Shown here piece after piece: positions 1 through 11,214 of a stretch of 52,135 bases of DNA (position 1 is its first letter; each line of letters begins with the position of its first letter). Below the pieces are notes generated by a model. That model saw only the letters and a program-made list of their open reading frames with translations, ran no database searches and was not told where the DNA came from. The translations under genes and the position numbers were made by a program. The DNA is from Gemmatimonadota bacterium (GTDB lineage: Bacteria > Gemmatimonadota > Gemmatimonadetes > Gemmatimonadales > GWC2-71-9): contig QHUC01000183.1 of assembly GCA_003221045.1 (NCBI GenBank), positions 1 to 52,135 on the forward strand, in the 5' to 3' direction.

Positions 1-158
1 AGGCAACGAGTGCGGCCGCCGCCGCGCACCACGCCCGACGCGCTAGACCCATGGCGTCACCCTTCTGTTCGAGGAGGCCACAAACGTACCGCGGGAGCGC
101 CTTGAGGAGATGGCTCGTGCCATCCGAACGGCGCTCCCGCGGTGTGACGCGAGGTGTG

Positions 159-425
159 CTACCGACGGCGCTTCTTCGCCGCTTTCTTCCGCTTCTTACC
201 GCCCCGCTTTGCCTTCGCTTTCGGCCGACGCTTCGCGGCCTTCTTCTTTGCCTTGGGTCTCGCCGGTTTCCGCTTCTTCTTTGCCGGCTTCGGCCGCCTC
301 GCCCCCATCGGTTCGCCCATCATCGGGGCTGGCGCGGGCGGCGTCGGGGGTGCCGGCGGATACATCGGCTCCATCATCCCGGAGCCAGGCCAGCTGCTCT
401 CCGAAAAGTCGGTGGGCTCGAGCAT
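159..425 (-). CDS. small protein with Pro/Ala-rich N-terminus and Lys/Arg/Ala-rich basic tail (histone H1-like / nucleoid-associated candidate)
   Basis: 88-aa ORF. The ATG at 425-423 is preceded by GGAGGAG (revcomp of 436-442). The C-terminal ~45 aa are almost only K/R/A/P (KPAKKKRKPARPKAKKKAAKRRPKAKAKRGGKKRKK). The overlapping + strand ORFs are Arg/Pro-rich GC artefacts. Confidence 0.5.
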   Translation of the reverse strand: MLEPTDFSESSWPGSGMMEPMYPPAPPTPPAPAPMMGEPMGARRPKPAKKKRKPARPKAKKKAAKRRPKAKAKRGGKKRKKAAKKRRR

Positions 426-596
426 CGCGTGATCTCTCCTCCGCTGGTTGTCCGTGCGCGTGGCCTATAGCTTACCCCGCGAAAGCTCCCACGCAAGAGC
501 ACAACGGCGCCGCGTCGGTGATCACGGCGCGTGCGGGCATTTTGCGACAAGTTAGCTTGACAACGGCACTTACGACCGCTTACGTTCGGCGCCGCT

Positions 597-2879
597 ATGA
601 TGTCACGCCGCGTCATCCTCCTCGCCGCCTGCGTCAACCCGAGCGCGGCGCTGGCCCAAAACGTCGCCGAAGTGCAAGTCGCACCGCCCTCCGTAACCAT
701 CAAGATCGGCGAGCGCAGCGGCCTGCTCGCCACGGCCTTCGACCGGGCTGGCAACGTCATTCCCACGGTGCGCGTGATCTGGTCGTCGAACAATGTCGCG
801 GTCGCGAAGGTCGATAACCAGGGCACGGTGACCGGGGTCACCGGCGGCGTGGCCATCGTCGAGGCACACGTAGGCGCTCGAAAAGGGCAGGCCGCCGTGC
901 AGGTGCTGGGCGCGCCGGCGGCGGCGACCGCCACGCAGCCTCCGGGGAACCCACCCGCAGGACGTCCGAGCGGGGAAGTGAGCGCAGGGACTCCGTCCGG
1001 CTCCGACGCCTTCGCCGGCCAGCCGGCCGGGACGGGCCCGGCCGCAGTGCTCCGCATCGAGCCCCCGACCATCTATCTCCTGCCCTCGGAAAATACCCGC
1101 GCGTCTCCCCGCGCCTTGAAGGACGACGGCACGCCCGCCGCACCGGTGGCGGTGGCGTGGAAGTCCTTGCGGCCGGACATCGCGAGCGTCGACCAGAACG
1201 GCGTCATCGTGGCGCTCGCGCCGGGCCAGGGAACGGTACAGGTGACGAGTACGGGCGGCCTCACGGCCACGGCCCCGATCGTCGTGCAGCCAAGTGACCT
1301 CGCGATCCAGGAGGGGACACCCGTCGTGATGTCGCCGGGCGAAGTGGACACGCTCCATGTCGTCGTGCCTGCGCAGGGCGGCCGGGTCGTGAGCCCGCTC
1401 GCGTTGCAATGGTCGGCGGCGGATCCCGCGGTCGCCCGCGTGAGCCTCACCGGCGTCGTGACCGCCGTGGCCCCCGGGCACACGACGCTCGCGGTGTCGG
1501 GGCTCTTGCAGTCGAAGACGATCGACATCGTGGTGCACAAGACCGTCGAGGCGCTGGCCGTGCTCCCGACGTCCAAGAGCGACGTGCCGCTGCCGATTCA
1601 GGGGTCGGTGAAGTTTCAGGTGCAGGCGCTGGCCGCCGACAAGAGTGCGGTTACCGAAGCGCAACTGCGCTGGACCGTGGGCGACACGTCGCTCGCGAGC
1701 TTTGATCCCGCGACCGGCGTGCTGACCGGCAAGAAGACGGGCCGCACCACCCTCGCCGTCAAAGGGCCGGGCCCGGGGCTCGTGGTCATCTGGCAAGTCC
1801 GCGTCATCGCGGCGGGCCTGAAGCTCTCGGCCGCGCGCGTGGGCGAGCCGCTGGGCCGACGGTTCTCGCTGAAGGCGAGCTTCGCCGATGAATCGGGCGC
1901 CGTGATCGGCCCCGCCACTGGGGTCACCTGGGTGTCGGACAACCCGCAGGTGGCGACCGTCGCGGAGGACGGCACGGTCGCGACCGTTGCGTACGGGCAC
2001 ACGCGCGTGACGGCGACGGCACCGGGCGGGCGGCGCGCCACGGGGGAGGTGTTCGTGCAGGGCGAGATCGTGCTCGCGAGCTCACGCACCGGCGGGTTCC
2101 AGCTGTACGCGGCGGAGCGCTCGAACCTCGCGCAGCTCCGCAAGGTCATGGACGATCCCGCCATTGCCAGCGAGCCCGCCTTCTCCCCCGACGGCTCGCG
2201 CATCGCATTCACGTCGACGCGCGACGGCCAGCCGGAAGTGTACCTCATGGATGCCGATGGGACCGGCGTCTCGCGGCTCACGAATTCCCCGGGATTGGAT
2301 GGCGACGCTTCGTTCACCGCGGATGGGCAGGCGGTCGTGTTCCACTCCCAGCGCACGGGACACCGTCAGATCTTCCTGCAACCGATCACCAGCTCGGACG
2401 CTGTGCAGCTCACCCAGGAGCCCGCCGACAACTCGCAGCCCACGATGTCGCCGGACGGCGAGATGATTGCGTTCGTGTCGAACCGCGAAGGCAACAATCA
2501 CATCTGGTTGATGGCCAAGGACGGCTCGAATCAGCGCGCGCTGACCAAGGGGCAACAGAGCAAGGAGAGCGCGCCGCACTTCCTGCGCGATGGCACCCTC
2601 GCCTACCTGGTGGAGCAGAAGGAGAGCGGCCGGACCGTCACGCAGGTCGTCAAGTCGGACCTGATCAGCGGCAAGACGACGCCCCTCTCCGGCACCGATC
2701 TCGTGATCAATGACTTCGCCGTATCGCCCGGCGGCGACCTCCTCGGCCTCGTCGTCGCGGTGCAGAAGAACACGTTCCGGGTGTACGTCCAGCCGGTGGG
2801 AGCGAATGGGGCGGGCGCGCCTGTGGCCATTCCGACCACCGGCGCCGAGCAGATGGTAACACCCGCGTTCATGCCCTAG
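597..2879 (+). CDS. secreted protein with several bacterial Ig-like (Big_2) domains and a C-terminal TolB-like PD40 beta-propeller
   Basis: Signal-peptide-like start MMSRRVILLAACVNPSAALAQ. Repeated Big_2-like units (VxWxSxNxxVAxVDxxGxVTxxxxGxxxI). C-terminal PD40 repeats (FSPDGSRIAFTSTRDGQPEVYLMDADG, MSPDGEMIAFVSNREGNNHIWLM). Confidence 0.8.
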   Translation: MMSRRVILLAACVNPSAALAQNVAEVQVAPPSVTIKIGERSGLLATAFDRAGNVIPTVRVIWSSNNVAVAKVDNQGTVTGVTGGVAIVEAHVGARKGQAAVQVLGAPAAATATQPPGNPPAGRPSGEVSAGTPSGSDAFAGQPAGTGPAAVLRIEPPTIYLLPSENTRASPRALKDDGTPAAPVAVAWKSLRPDIASVDQNGVIVALAPGQGTVQVTSTGGLTATAPIVVQPSDLAIQEGTPVVMSPGEVDTLHVVVPAQGGRVVSPLALQWSAADPAVARVSLTGVVTAVAPGHTTLAVSGLLQSKTIDIVVHKTVEALAVLPTSKSDVPLPIQGSVKFQVQALAADKSAVTEAQLRWTVGDTSLASFDPATGVLTGKKTGRTTLAVKGPGPGLVVIWQVRVIAAGLKLSAARVGEPLGRRFSLKASFADESGAVIGPATGVTWVSDNPQVATVAEDGTVATVAYGHTRVTATAPGGRRATGEVFVQGEIVLASSRTGGFQLYAAERSNLAQLRKVMDDPAIASEPAFSPDGSRIAFTSTRDGQPEVYLMDADGTGVSRLTNSPGLDGDASFTADGQAVVFHSQRTGHRQIFLQPITSSDAVQLTQEPADNSQPTMSPDGEMIAFVSNREGNNHIWLMAKDGSNQRALTKGQQSKESAPHFLRDGTLAYLVEQKESGRTVTQVVKSDLISGKTTPLSGTDLVINDFAVSPGGDLLGLVVAVQKNTFRVYVQPVGANGAGAPVAIPTTGAEQMVTPAFMP

Positions 2880-2891
2880 CGGGCGCCGTCC

Positions 2892-3938
2892 ATGCGCGCC
2901 TGGGTGATCCGCAGTACCGGCGGTCTCGAACGGCTCGAGCTCGCCCAAGTCCCCGACCCGCCGTCGACTCTACGCTCCACCGATGTTCGCGTTGCGCTAC
3001 GAGCGGCTGCGCTCAACCACCTCGACCTCTTTGTCGTGAGGGGCCTGCCACATGAGTATCAGTTCCCGCACATCCTCGGCGGGGACGGAGCAGGGGTCGT
3101 CGCCGCAGTAGGCCCGGACGTCCGCTCGGTGCGGCCCGGTGACCGAGTGATGATCAATCCCGGGATCGCCGACTACACCTGTGAGTATTGCCGCGCGGGC
3201 GAGCATTCGCTCTGCCTCAGCTACCGGCTGCTGGGCGAGCATCTGCCGGGGACCATCGCCGAGGCGATCGTGGTTCCCGAGCCGAACGTCGCGATCATTC
3301 CGACTCTGCAGGCTCCGCTCTCCTGGGCCGAAGCGGCGGCCTTCTCCCTCGTCACCCTCACCGCATGGCGCATGGTGGTCACCCGGGCGCAGGTGCAGCC
3401 GGGTGAGACGGTGCTCGTGTGGGGCATCGGCGGGGGGGCGTCGCTCGCCGCGATGCGCATCGCGAAGCTCAGAGGAGCGCGGGTGATCGTCACCTCGTCG
3501 AGCGACGAGAAGCTCGAGCACGCGAAGCGACTCGGCGCCGACGCGACTCTCAATCACCGGACGCAGAAGGTCTCCCAGGAGGTCCGCGTGCTCACCGAGA
3601 AGCGCGGTGCCGACGTGGTCATCGAAAACGTCGGGGAAGCGACCTGGGACGAGTCGCTGCGATCGCTGCGGCGCGGAGGGCGGTTGGTGAGCTGCGGCGC
3701 GACGAGCGGGCCGAAGGTCGGAATCGACCTGCGCCGGCTCTTCTGGTATCAATGGAGCATCCTGGGGGCAACCATGGGGAACCTGGCGGAGTACCGTGAA
3801 ATCGTGCGGGTTCTCGGAACCGGGGAGCTCCGGCCGATCATCGATCAGGTGTTTCCGTTCTCCGAGGCGCGCGAAGCGCTGGGGCGCTTGGACCGGGCGG
3901 AGCAACTGGGGAAGATTGCGGTGAGCATCGCCGAATAG
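2892..3938 (+). CDS. zinc-type alcohol dehydrogenase / quinone oxidoreductase (MDR superfamily)
   Basis: 348 aa. Typical MDR layout: N-terminal GroES-like part (GGDGAGVV, PGDRV) and a Rossmann motif VLVWGIGGGAS. Confidence 0.8.
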   Translation: MRAWVIRSTGGLERLELAQVPDPPSTLRSTDVRVALRAAALNHLDLFVVRGLPHEYQFPHILGGDGAGVVAAVGPDVRSVRPGDRVMINPGIADYTCEYCRAGEHSLCLSYRLLGEHLPGTIAEAIVVPEPNVAIIPTLQAPLSWAEAAAFSLVTLTAWRMVVTRAQVQPGETVLVWGIGGGASLAAMRIAKLRGARVIVTSSSDEKLEHAKRLGADATLNHRTQKVSQEVRVLTEKRGADVVIENVGEATWDESLRSLRRGGRLVSCGATSGPKVGIDLRRLFWYQWSILGATMGNLAEYREIVRVLGTGELRPIIDQVFPFSEAREALGRLDRAEQLGKIAVSIAE

Positions 3939-4229
3939 GATGGGCCCGGCGCGCACTGTCCTGAAGGACACTCGCTCCTCAGTCTTCGCTCCGCTCTGCT
4001 GTGCTTCAGCAAAGTGACGGCCGGGCCCAAGCTCGAGCCTGGGAAACACGATGCGGCCATCCGATCAACCGAGCGTCAACGCGAGCCTCCCGTAACTGCC
4101 GTCGCGGCCCCGGGTTAGGATGCCGGGCCGCGTTGCCTTTCCCAGTCTAAGTGTTTATTTTTTAGTAACTTAGGCCGCTCCGCGGCACCCCCGGAACCCT
4201 AACCACTGACACCTGGCACCCGCCCTTTC

Positions 4230-6776
<2,547 letters not shown>

Positions 6777-6777
6777 C

Positions 6778-7707
6778 GTGGTCAGCGCGCAGGACGTGCG
6801 GGAGGCCGCCGCAAGGCTCGCCGGCGTAGCGGTTCGCACGCCGTTGCGCTTTGTGGAGCCCCTGCACGCCTACTTGAAGCTCGAGAGCATGCAGCCGATG
6901 GGGGCGTTCAAGCTGCGCGGAGCGTATAACGCGATCAGCCGCCTGCCGCAGGCCGCAAGGCGCCAAGGTGTGATCACCTATTCGAGCGGCAACCACGGGC
7001 AGGCCGTCGCGTACGCCGCGCAGCTGCTCGGGGTGCGGGCGGTGGTCGTCATGCCCGAGACGGCGCCCGCGGTGAAGGTCGCCGGAGTAAAGAAATGGGG
7101 AGGCGAGGTCGTATTCGCCGGGCGGACCTCGGACGAACGCCAGCGCAAGGCCGAGGAAATCGCCGGGCGGGAGGGACTCGCGATCGTCCCGCCGTTCGAT
7201 CACCCGGACATCGTTGCCGGTCAGGCGACGGTAGGGCTCGAGATCGCCGAGCAGCTTCCGGACGCGCGGACGGTGGTGGTGCCGGTCGGCGGCGCGGGCC
7301 TCATCGCCGGCGTCGTGACGGGCCTCGCTGCGGCGGGGAGCCGCGCCATGGTCTGGGGCGTCGAGCCCAGCGGCGCGCCCAAGCTCAAGCGCTCGCTCGA
7401 GGCGGGCCGCCCGGTGCGGCTCGACCGTACGGCGAGCCTGGCGGACGGTCTGATCACACTCAGCGTGGGCGCGATTCCGTTCGCGCAGCTCGCGGCGCAG
7501 CGGGACCGGTTAGGGGGCGTCGTTCTCGTGGAGGATGACGCATTGCGCGAGGCGGTGCTGTTTCTGTGGCGCGAATGCCGCCTGACCGTGGAACCATCGG
7601 GGGCCGCCACGACGGCGGCGGTGCGCTCCGGCGCGATTCAGCCGGTCCCCCCTACTGTGCTTCTGGTCAGCGGGGGCAACGTCGACCCCTCGCTGCTCGA
7701 GGACTGA
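6778..7707 (+). CDS. PLP-dependent threonine/serine dehydratase (fold type II)
   Basis: The track ORF 6661-7707 overlaps the gyrA tail. The in-frame GTG at 6778 lies 2 nt after the gyrA stop. Motifs: ESMQPMGAFKLRGAYN (Lys of PLP Schiff base), SSGNHGQAVAYAA. Confidence 0.8.
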   Translation: MVSAQDVREAAARLAGVAVRTPLRFVEPLHAYLKLESMQPMGAFKLRGAYNAISRLPQAARRQGVITYSSGNHGQAVAYAAQLLGVRAVVVMPETAPAVKVAGVKKWGGEVVFAGRTSDERQRKAEEIAGREGLAIVPPFDHPDIVAGQATVGLEIAEQLPDARTVVVPVGGAGLIAGVVTGLAAAGSRAMVWGVEPSGAPKLKRSLEAGRPVRLDRTASLADGLITLSVGAIPFAQLAAQRDRLGGVVLVEDDALREAVLFLWRECRLTVEPSGAATTAAVRSGAIQPVPPTVLLVSGGNVDPSLLED

Positions 7708-7715
7708 GCGAGGCG

Positions 7716-9026
7716 ATGCCCCCCACCGAGTCCGGCCTCGCCAAGATCCTCGTCGCCGACGACGATCAATCCCTCGTTCGCACGCTCAGCTGGATCCTCA
7801 AGGAGAACGGCTACGAGGTGGTCACCGCGCCCGGCGGCGAAGGCCTCATCGGGAGGCTCGAGGAGGAACGTCCCAACCTGCTGCTCCTCGACATCATGAT
7901 GCCCAAGGTCGACGGGCTACAGCTCCTCGCGAAGATGAAGGCCGACGAGCGATTCCGCGACGTGCCGGTCCTTATGATCTCGTCCATGCCCCCGGAAGAA
8001 GCGACCGTCAAGGCGCTCGGGCTGGGCGCGGCGGACTTCATCTCCAAGCCGTTCCGGGTGCGCGAGCTCCTGGCGCGCGTGAAGGCGCACATCCGGTCCG
8101 CGCAGGAGCTGACTCGGGCGCGCGACGAGGCGCAAAGCCGCGCCGCGATCGTCGACATCCTGCACGAGGTGACCGACTCGCTCAAGCCGGACGAGATCTA
8201 CCACATCCTCGTGCGGCGCGTCGCCCGTGTCCTTCAGATCTCGAAGTGCTCGATGGTGCTCGCCAAGCCGGGGGACCAGCTGGGCGTGGTGGTCGCGGCC
8301 TACGAAAACCCCATGCTCAGGAACCTGCAGATCGAGCTCGCTCGCTATCCGGAGATCCAGCGCGCGCTCACCACGAGCCGCTCGGTCCTGGTCGAGGACG
8401 TGGCGTCCGATCCCCTCTATCACGACGAGCGACTTCGGTGGCAGCGCGAGCAGATCACGGTGCCCACCCGCTCCGCCGTGGCGCTCCCGTTCTCCATGAA
8501 GGAGCAGCAGCTCGGCGTGTTCTTCCTGCGCACGACCGGCGAGGATCCGCCGCTCACGCGGGCGGACGCGCAGTTCTCGGAAACCGTGATCCGGACGGCC
8601 GTGGCCGCGATCGAGAAGGCGTACGACTTCGAAACGGCGGTATCGGACAAGAAGCGCCTGGAGAAGCTCGCCGCGACGGATGCCCTCACCGGCTGCCTCA
8701 ACCGGCGCGCGCTGTCGGAAGAGCTCGAAGCCGAGCTCGACCGCGCTCGGCGGTACAATCTGGCGCTCACGATCCTGCTCGCGGACATCGACCGGTTCAA
8801 GCTCGTGAACGACACGCGGGGGCACATCGCCGGCGATTCGGTGCGGCGTCGCGTGATGCACCACGACTTCGCCGATCCCGGTGAGGACCCGCTCAATCTG
8901 ACCATCTCGATCGGCGTCGCTTCGTTCCCGGACGACCGCGTGAGCGGCGCGGACAGTTTCGTGGCACTGGCCGATCAGGCCCTCTATCGCGCCAAGAACG
9001 AAGGCCGCAACTTGGTCCGGCAATGA
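7716..9026 (+). CDS. response regulator: receiver + GAF + degenerate (core-deleted) GGDEF domain
   Basis: In-frame ATG at 7716 (MPPTESGLAKILVADDD). REC motifs LLLLDIMMPKVDG and ISKP, followed by a GAF-like middle region. GGDEF start TDALTGCLNRR...DIDRFKLVNDTRGHIAGD, then it jumps straight to ...LNLTISIGVA...ADQALYRAKNEGRN. No GG(D/E)EF motif is present. Confidence 0.8.
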   Translation: MPPTESGLAKILVADDDQSLVRTLSWILKENGYEVVTAPGGEGLIGRLEEERPNLLLLDIMMPKVDGLQLLAKMKADERFRDVPVLMISSMPPEEATVKALGLGAADFISKPFRVRELLARVKAHIRSAQELTRARDEAQSRAAIVDILHEVTDSLKPDEIYHILVRRVARVLQISKCSMVLAKPGDQLGVVVAAYENPMLRNLQIELARYPEIQRALTTSRSVLVEDVASDPLYHDERLRWQREQITVPTRSAVALPFSMKEQQLGVFFLRTTGEDPPLTRADAQFSETVIRTAVAAIEKAYDFETAVSDKKRLEKLAATDALTGCLNRRALSEELEAELDRARRYNLALTILLADIDRFKLVNDTRGHIAGDSVRRRVMHHDFADPGEDPLNLTISIGVASFPDDRVSGADSFVALADQALYRAKNEGRNLVRQ

Positions 9027-10126
9027 ACGAGCGCCGCTGTCCCAAGTGCGGATCGGTGTACGGCGACACCGCCCGGTTCTGCCCCCGCGACGGCAGTATG
9101 CTCGTGGAAGTCCAGGCCCGGCCGGCCGGCCCCGCCTCTGCCGCCCCGGGCGCGTCCGGCGGTACCGCCGTCCGCACGCCCCCCAGCCCCAAACCCGGGC
9201 TCGATCGTGCCTCGACGCTCTCGGGCCAGGTCCTCGACTCGCGCTACCAGGTACAGAAGAAGCTCGGCGAAGGGGGCATGTCCTACGTCTATCTCGCCCG
9301 CGAGGTGGCGACGGGCAAGGACGTGGCCATCAAGGTGCTGTCCCCCAAGCTCGCGACCGACCGGAGCTCGGTCGAGCGGCTGCGGCGCGAGGCCGGGCTC
9401 GCCATGCGACTCGAGCACCCCAACGTCTGCCGCATCCTCCGCCTCGGCGAATCCGAGGACGGGCTGATCTACCTCGTCATGCCGTTTCTCAAGGGAGAGC
9501 TGCTCTCCGACCGCGAGGTGAAGAGCGGGCCGATGGCGGTCGAGGTCGGCGTCGCCGTGCTCCAGCAGGTGTGCGCCGGCCTCCACCACGCGCACGAGCT
9601 CCAGATCGTCCACCGCGACCTGAAGCCGGAGAACATCATGCTCGTGGCGGAAGACGGCGGCTCCGAGCGCGCAGTGGTGATGGACTTCGGGCTGGCCAAG
9701 GAGCGGCGCGCCGAGGGGCAGCTCGCCAAGCTCACAGCCACGGGCATCATCCTCGGCACACCCGAATTCATGAGCCCGGAACAGATTCGTGGCAAGCAGC
9801 TCGACGCGCGCTCCGACATTTACGCGCTCGGCATCGTTGCCTTCGAGATGTTCAGCGGCAAGCTTCCCTTCCAGGGGCGCAACGCGCAGGAGATGATGAT
9901 CGCGCGGCTCCGCGGCCAGCCGCTGAAGCTCCGCCAGCTCCGGGCCGACGCGCCCGAACCTCTGGAGAAGGCGCTAGCCCGGGCGATGGAATCGAACCCC
10001 GACAACCGCTACGACACGGCCCTCGATTTCGCCGCCGCGCTGGCGGGCGTGGGGCGGGGAGGAGGGGGCGGGGGGGGCGCGGGCGAAGGTGGGTTTCTCT
10101 CGAAGATCAAGGAGAAGCTGAAATAA
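9023..10126 (+). CDS. Hanks-type Ser/Thr protein kinase with N-terminal zinc-ribbon
   Basis: ATGA overlap with the upstream gene. Zinc ribbon: CPKCGSVYGDTARFCPRDG. Kinase motifs: VAIKVL, HRDLKPENIM, DFGLA, GTPEFMSPE. No TM segment; the protein ends in a Gly-run plus an amphipathic FLSKIKEKLK. Confidence 0.9.
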   Translation: MNERRCPKCGSVYGDTARFCPRDGSMLVEVQARPAGPASAAPGASGGTAVRTPPSPKPGLDRASTLSGQVLDSRYQVQKKLGEGGMSYVYLAREVATGKDVAIKVLSPKLATDRSSVERLRREAGLAMRLEHPNVCRILRLGESEDGLIYLVMPFLKGELLSDREVKSGPMAVEVGVAVLQQVCAGLHHAHELQIVHRDLKPENIMLVAEDGGSERAVVMDFGLAKERRAEGQLAKLTATGIILGTPEFMSPEQIRGKQLDARSDIYALGIVAFEMFSGKLPFQGRNAQEMMIARLRGQPLKLRQLRADAPEPLEKALARAMESNPDNRYDTALDFAAALAGVGRGGGGGGGAGEGGFLSKIKEKLK

Positions 10127-10185
10127 AGCGCTTCCCGGCGTTCGATCCACCCGAGTACGTCGATTGGCACCCCGACCCCGCGCTC

Positions 10186-11214
10186 GTGCGCGCGTTTCGC
10201 GAGACCCTCGAGCAGGATGCCGAGCGCGCCGCCGTCGTCTCCGGCCTTTCCGTTGACGCAAAGCTCGGCCTCTACGCCGGTCTGCTGCGCGCCCGTCTCC
10301 ACGACATCCAGCTCAAGCGGTGGGTGCGCACGGGGGTCATCTCCAAGGCCTGGCTCGCGACCGGGGAGGAGGCCACGACCGTGGGGCCCGTGCACGCATT
10401 GGAGCGGGGACGAGACATCGTCGCGCCCATGATCCGCAACGCGGCGGCGTGCTGCGAGCTCGGCCTGCCGGTCGCCGATATGCTGCGGGCGTATCTCGGC
10501 AGCGACGACTCGCCCTCGCACGGCCGGGATCTGCACGTGGGCGCCTGGGCGCAAGGGGTCCTGCAGCCGATCTCGCATGTCGGGGACATGGTGCCGGTGA
10601 TCACCGGCATCGGCCTGACGTTCAAGATGCGAGAGGAGCCGCGTGTCGCCCTCACGTGGGTGGGCGACGGCTCGACCAAGACGGCGGCCGCGCACGAGGG
10701 CACAAACTTCGCCGCCGTCCAGAAGCTGCCGGTCATCTTCATCGTGCAGAACAACCAGGTGGCGCTTGGCACGCGCCTCGAGCAACATCATCTCGCCCAC
10801 GACTTTCGCGACTGGGCGGCGAGCTATGGCATCCTGGGGGCGACGTTCGACGGCAACAACGTGCTCGACGGCTACGCGGCGACCAAACTGGCCGCCGACC
10901 GTTGCCGCCGCGGCGAGGGACCGGCCCTGCTCGTCGCCGAGACGTTCCGCATGGGTGGGCATGCAACGCACGACGAGCGCGAGGCGCGCGAGACCTTCCC
11001 CGACGAGTGGTTTCGCTCCTGGGGGCAACGGGACCCGATCGGGCTCTACGAGGAGCATCTCAAGGAAGACGGCGTCAGCGTGCGGCGCCTCGAGGAGATC
11101 GAGTCCGGGGTGACGGCAGAGGTCGACCGCGCGGCCGAGGAGGCGGTCCGGAGTCGCGACCGCTTGCCGGCCGGAGAAAGCGCATTGGCGGGAGTCTACG
11201 CGAAGGGAGGGTGA
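10186..11214 (+). CDS. TPP-dependent 2-oxoacid dehydrogenase E1 component, alpha subunit
   Basis: Only the 3' third of track ORF 9046-11214 is protein-like. The first canonical in-frame start after the kinase stop is the GTG at 10186 (start uncertain). TPP motif WVGDGSTKTAAAHEGTNFAAVQKLPVIFIVQNNQ. Confidence 0.75.
   Translation: MRAFRETLEQDAERAAVVSGLSVDAKLGLYAGLLRARLHDIQLKRWVRTGVISKAWLATGEEATTVGPVHALERGRDIVAPMIRNAAACCELGLPVADMLRAYLGSDDSPSHGRDLHVGAWAQGVLQPISHVGDMVPVITGIGLTFKMREEPRVALTWVGDGSTKTAAAHEGTNFAAVQKLPVIFIVQNNQVALGTRLEQHHLAHDFRDWAASYGILGATFDGNNVLDGYAATKLAADRCRRGEGPALLVAETFRMGGHATHDEREARETFPDEWFRSWGQRDPIGLYEEHLKEDGVSVRRLEEIESGVTAEVDRAAEEAVRSRDRLPAGESALAGVYAKGG

Noticed and set aside
1-52. 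Possible start of a minus-strand gene running off the left edge (ATG at 52-50 giving MGLARRAWCAAAAALVA, signal-peptide-like).
   Set aside because: Only 17 codons are visible, so it cannot be distinguished from chance.
557-586. TTGACA (557-562) -N18- TACGTT as the promoter of the Big_2/TolB gene, and likewise TTGACA at 27702-27707 upstream of the nicotinamidase-like gene.
   Set aside because: The -35 hexamers are perfect but the -10 candidates are poor. The promoter consensus for this lineage is unknown to me.
10061-10079. 19-nt exact repeat GGAGGGGGCGGGGGGGGCG, also present at 23951-23969; a possible G-quadruplex or dispersed repeat.
   Set aside because: It is low-complexity G-rich sequence, coding a Gly-run in one gene and a Pro/Ala-run (opposite strand) in another. 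Chance identity is plausible in such composition. G4 formation cannot be judged from sequence alone.
9046-10185. 5' two-thirds of the 722-aa ORF 9046-11214.
   Set aside because: It is out of frame with and fully overlapped by the Ser/Thr kinase gene, and its translation is Arg/Gly/Pro low-complexity. Only the part after about 10186 looks like an E1-alpha protein.
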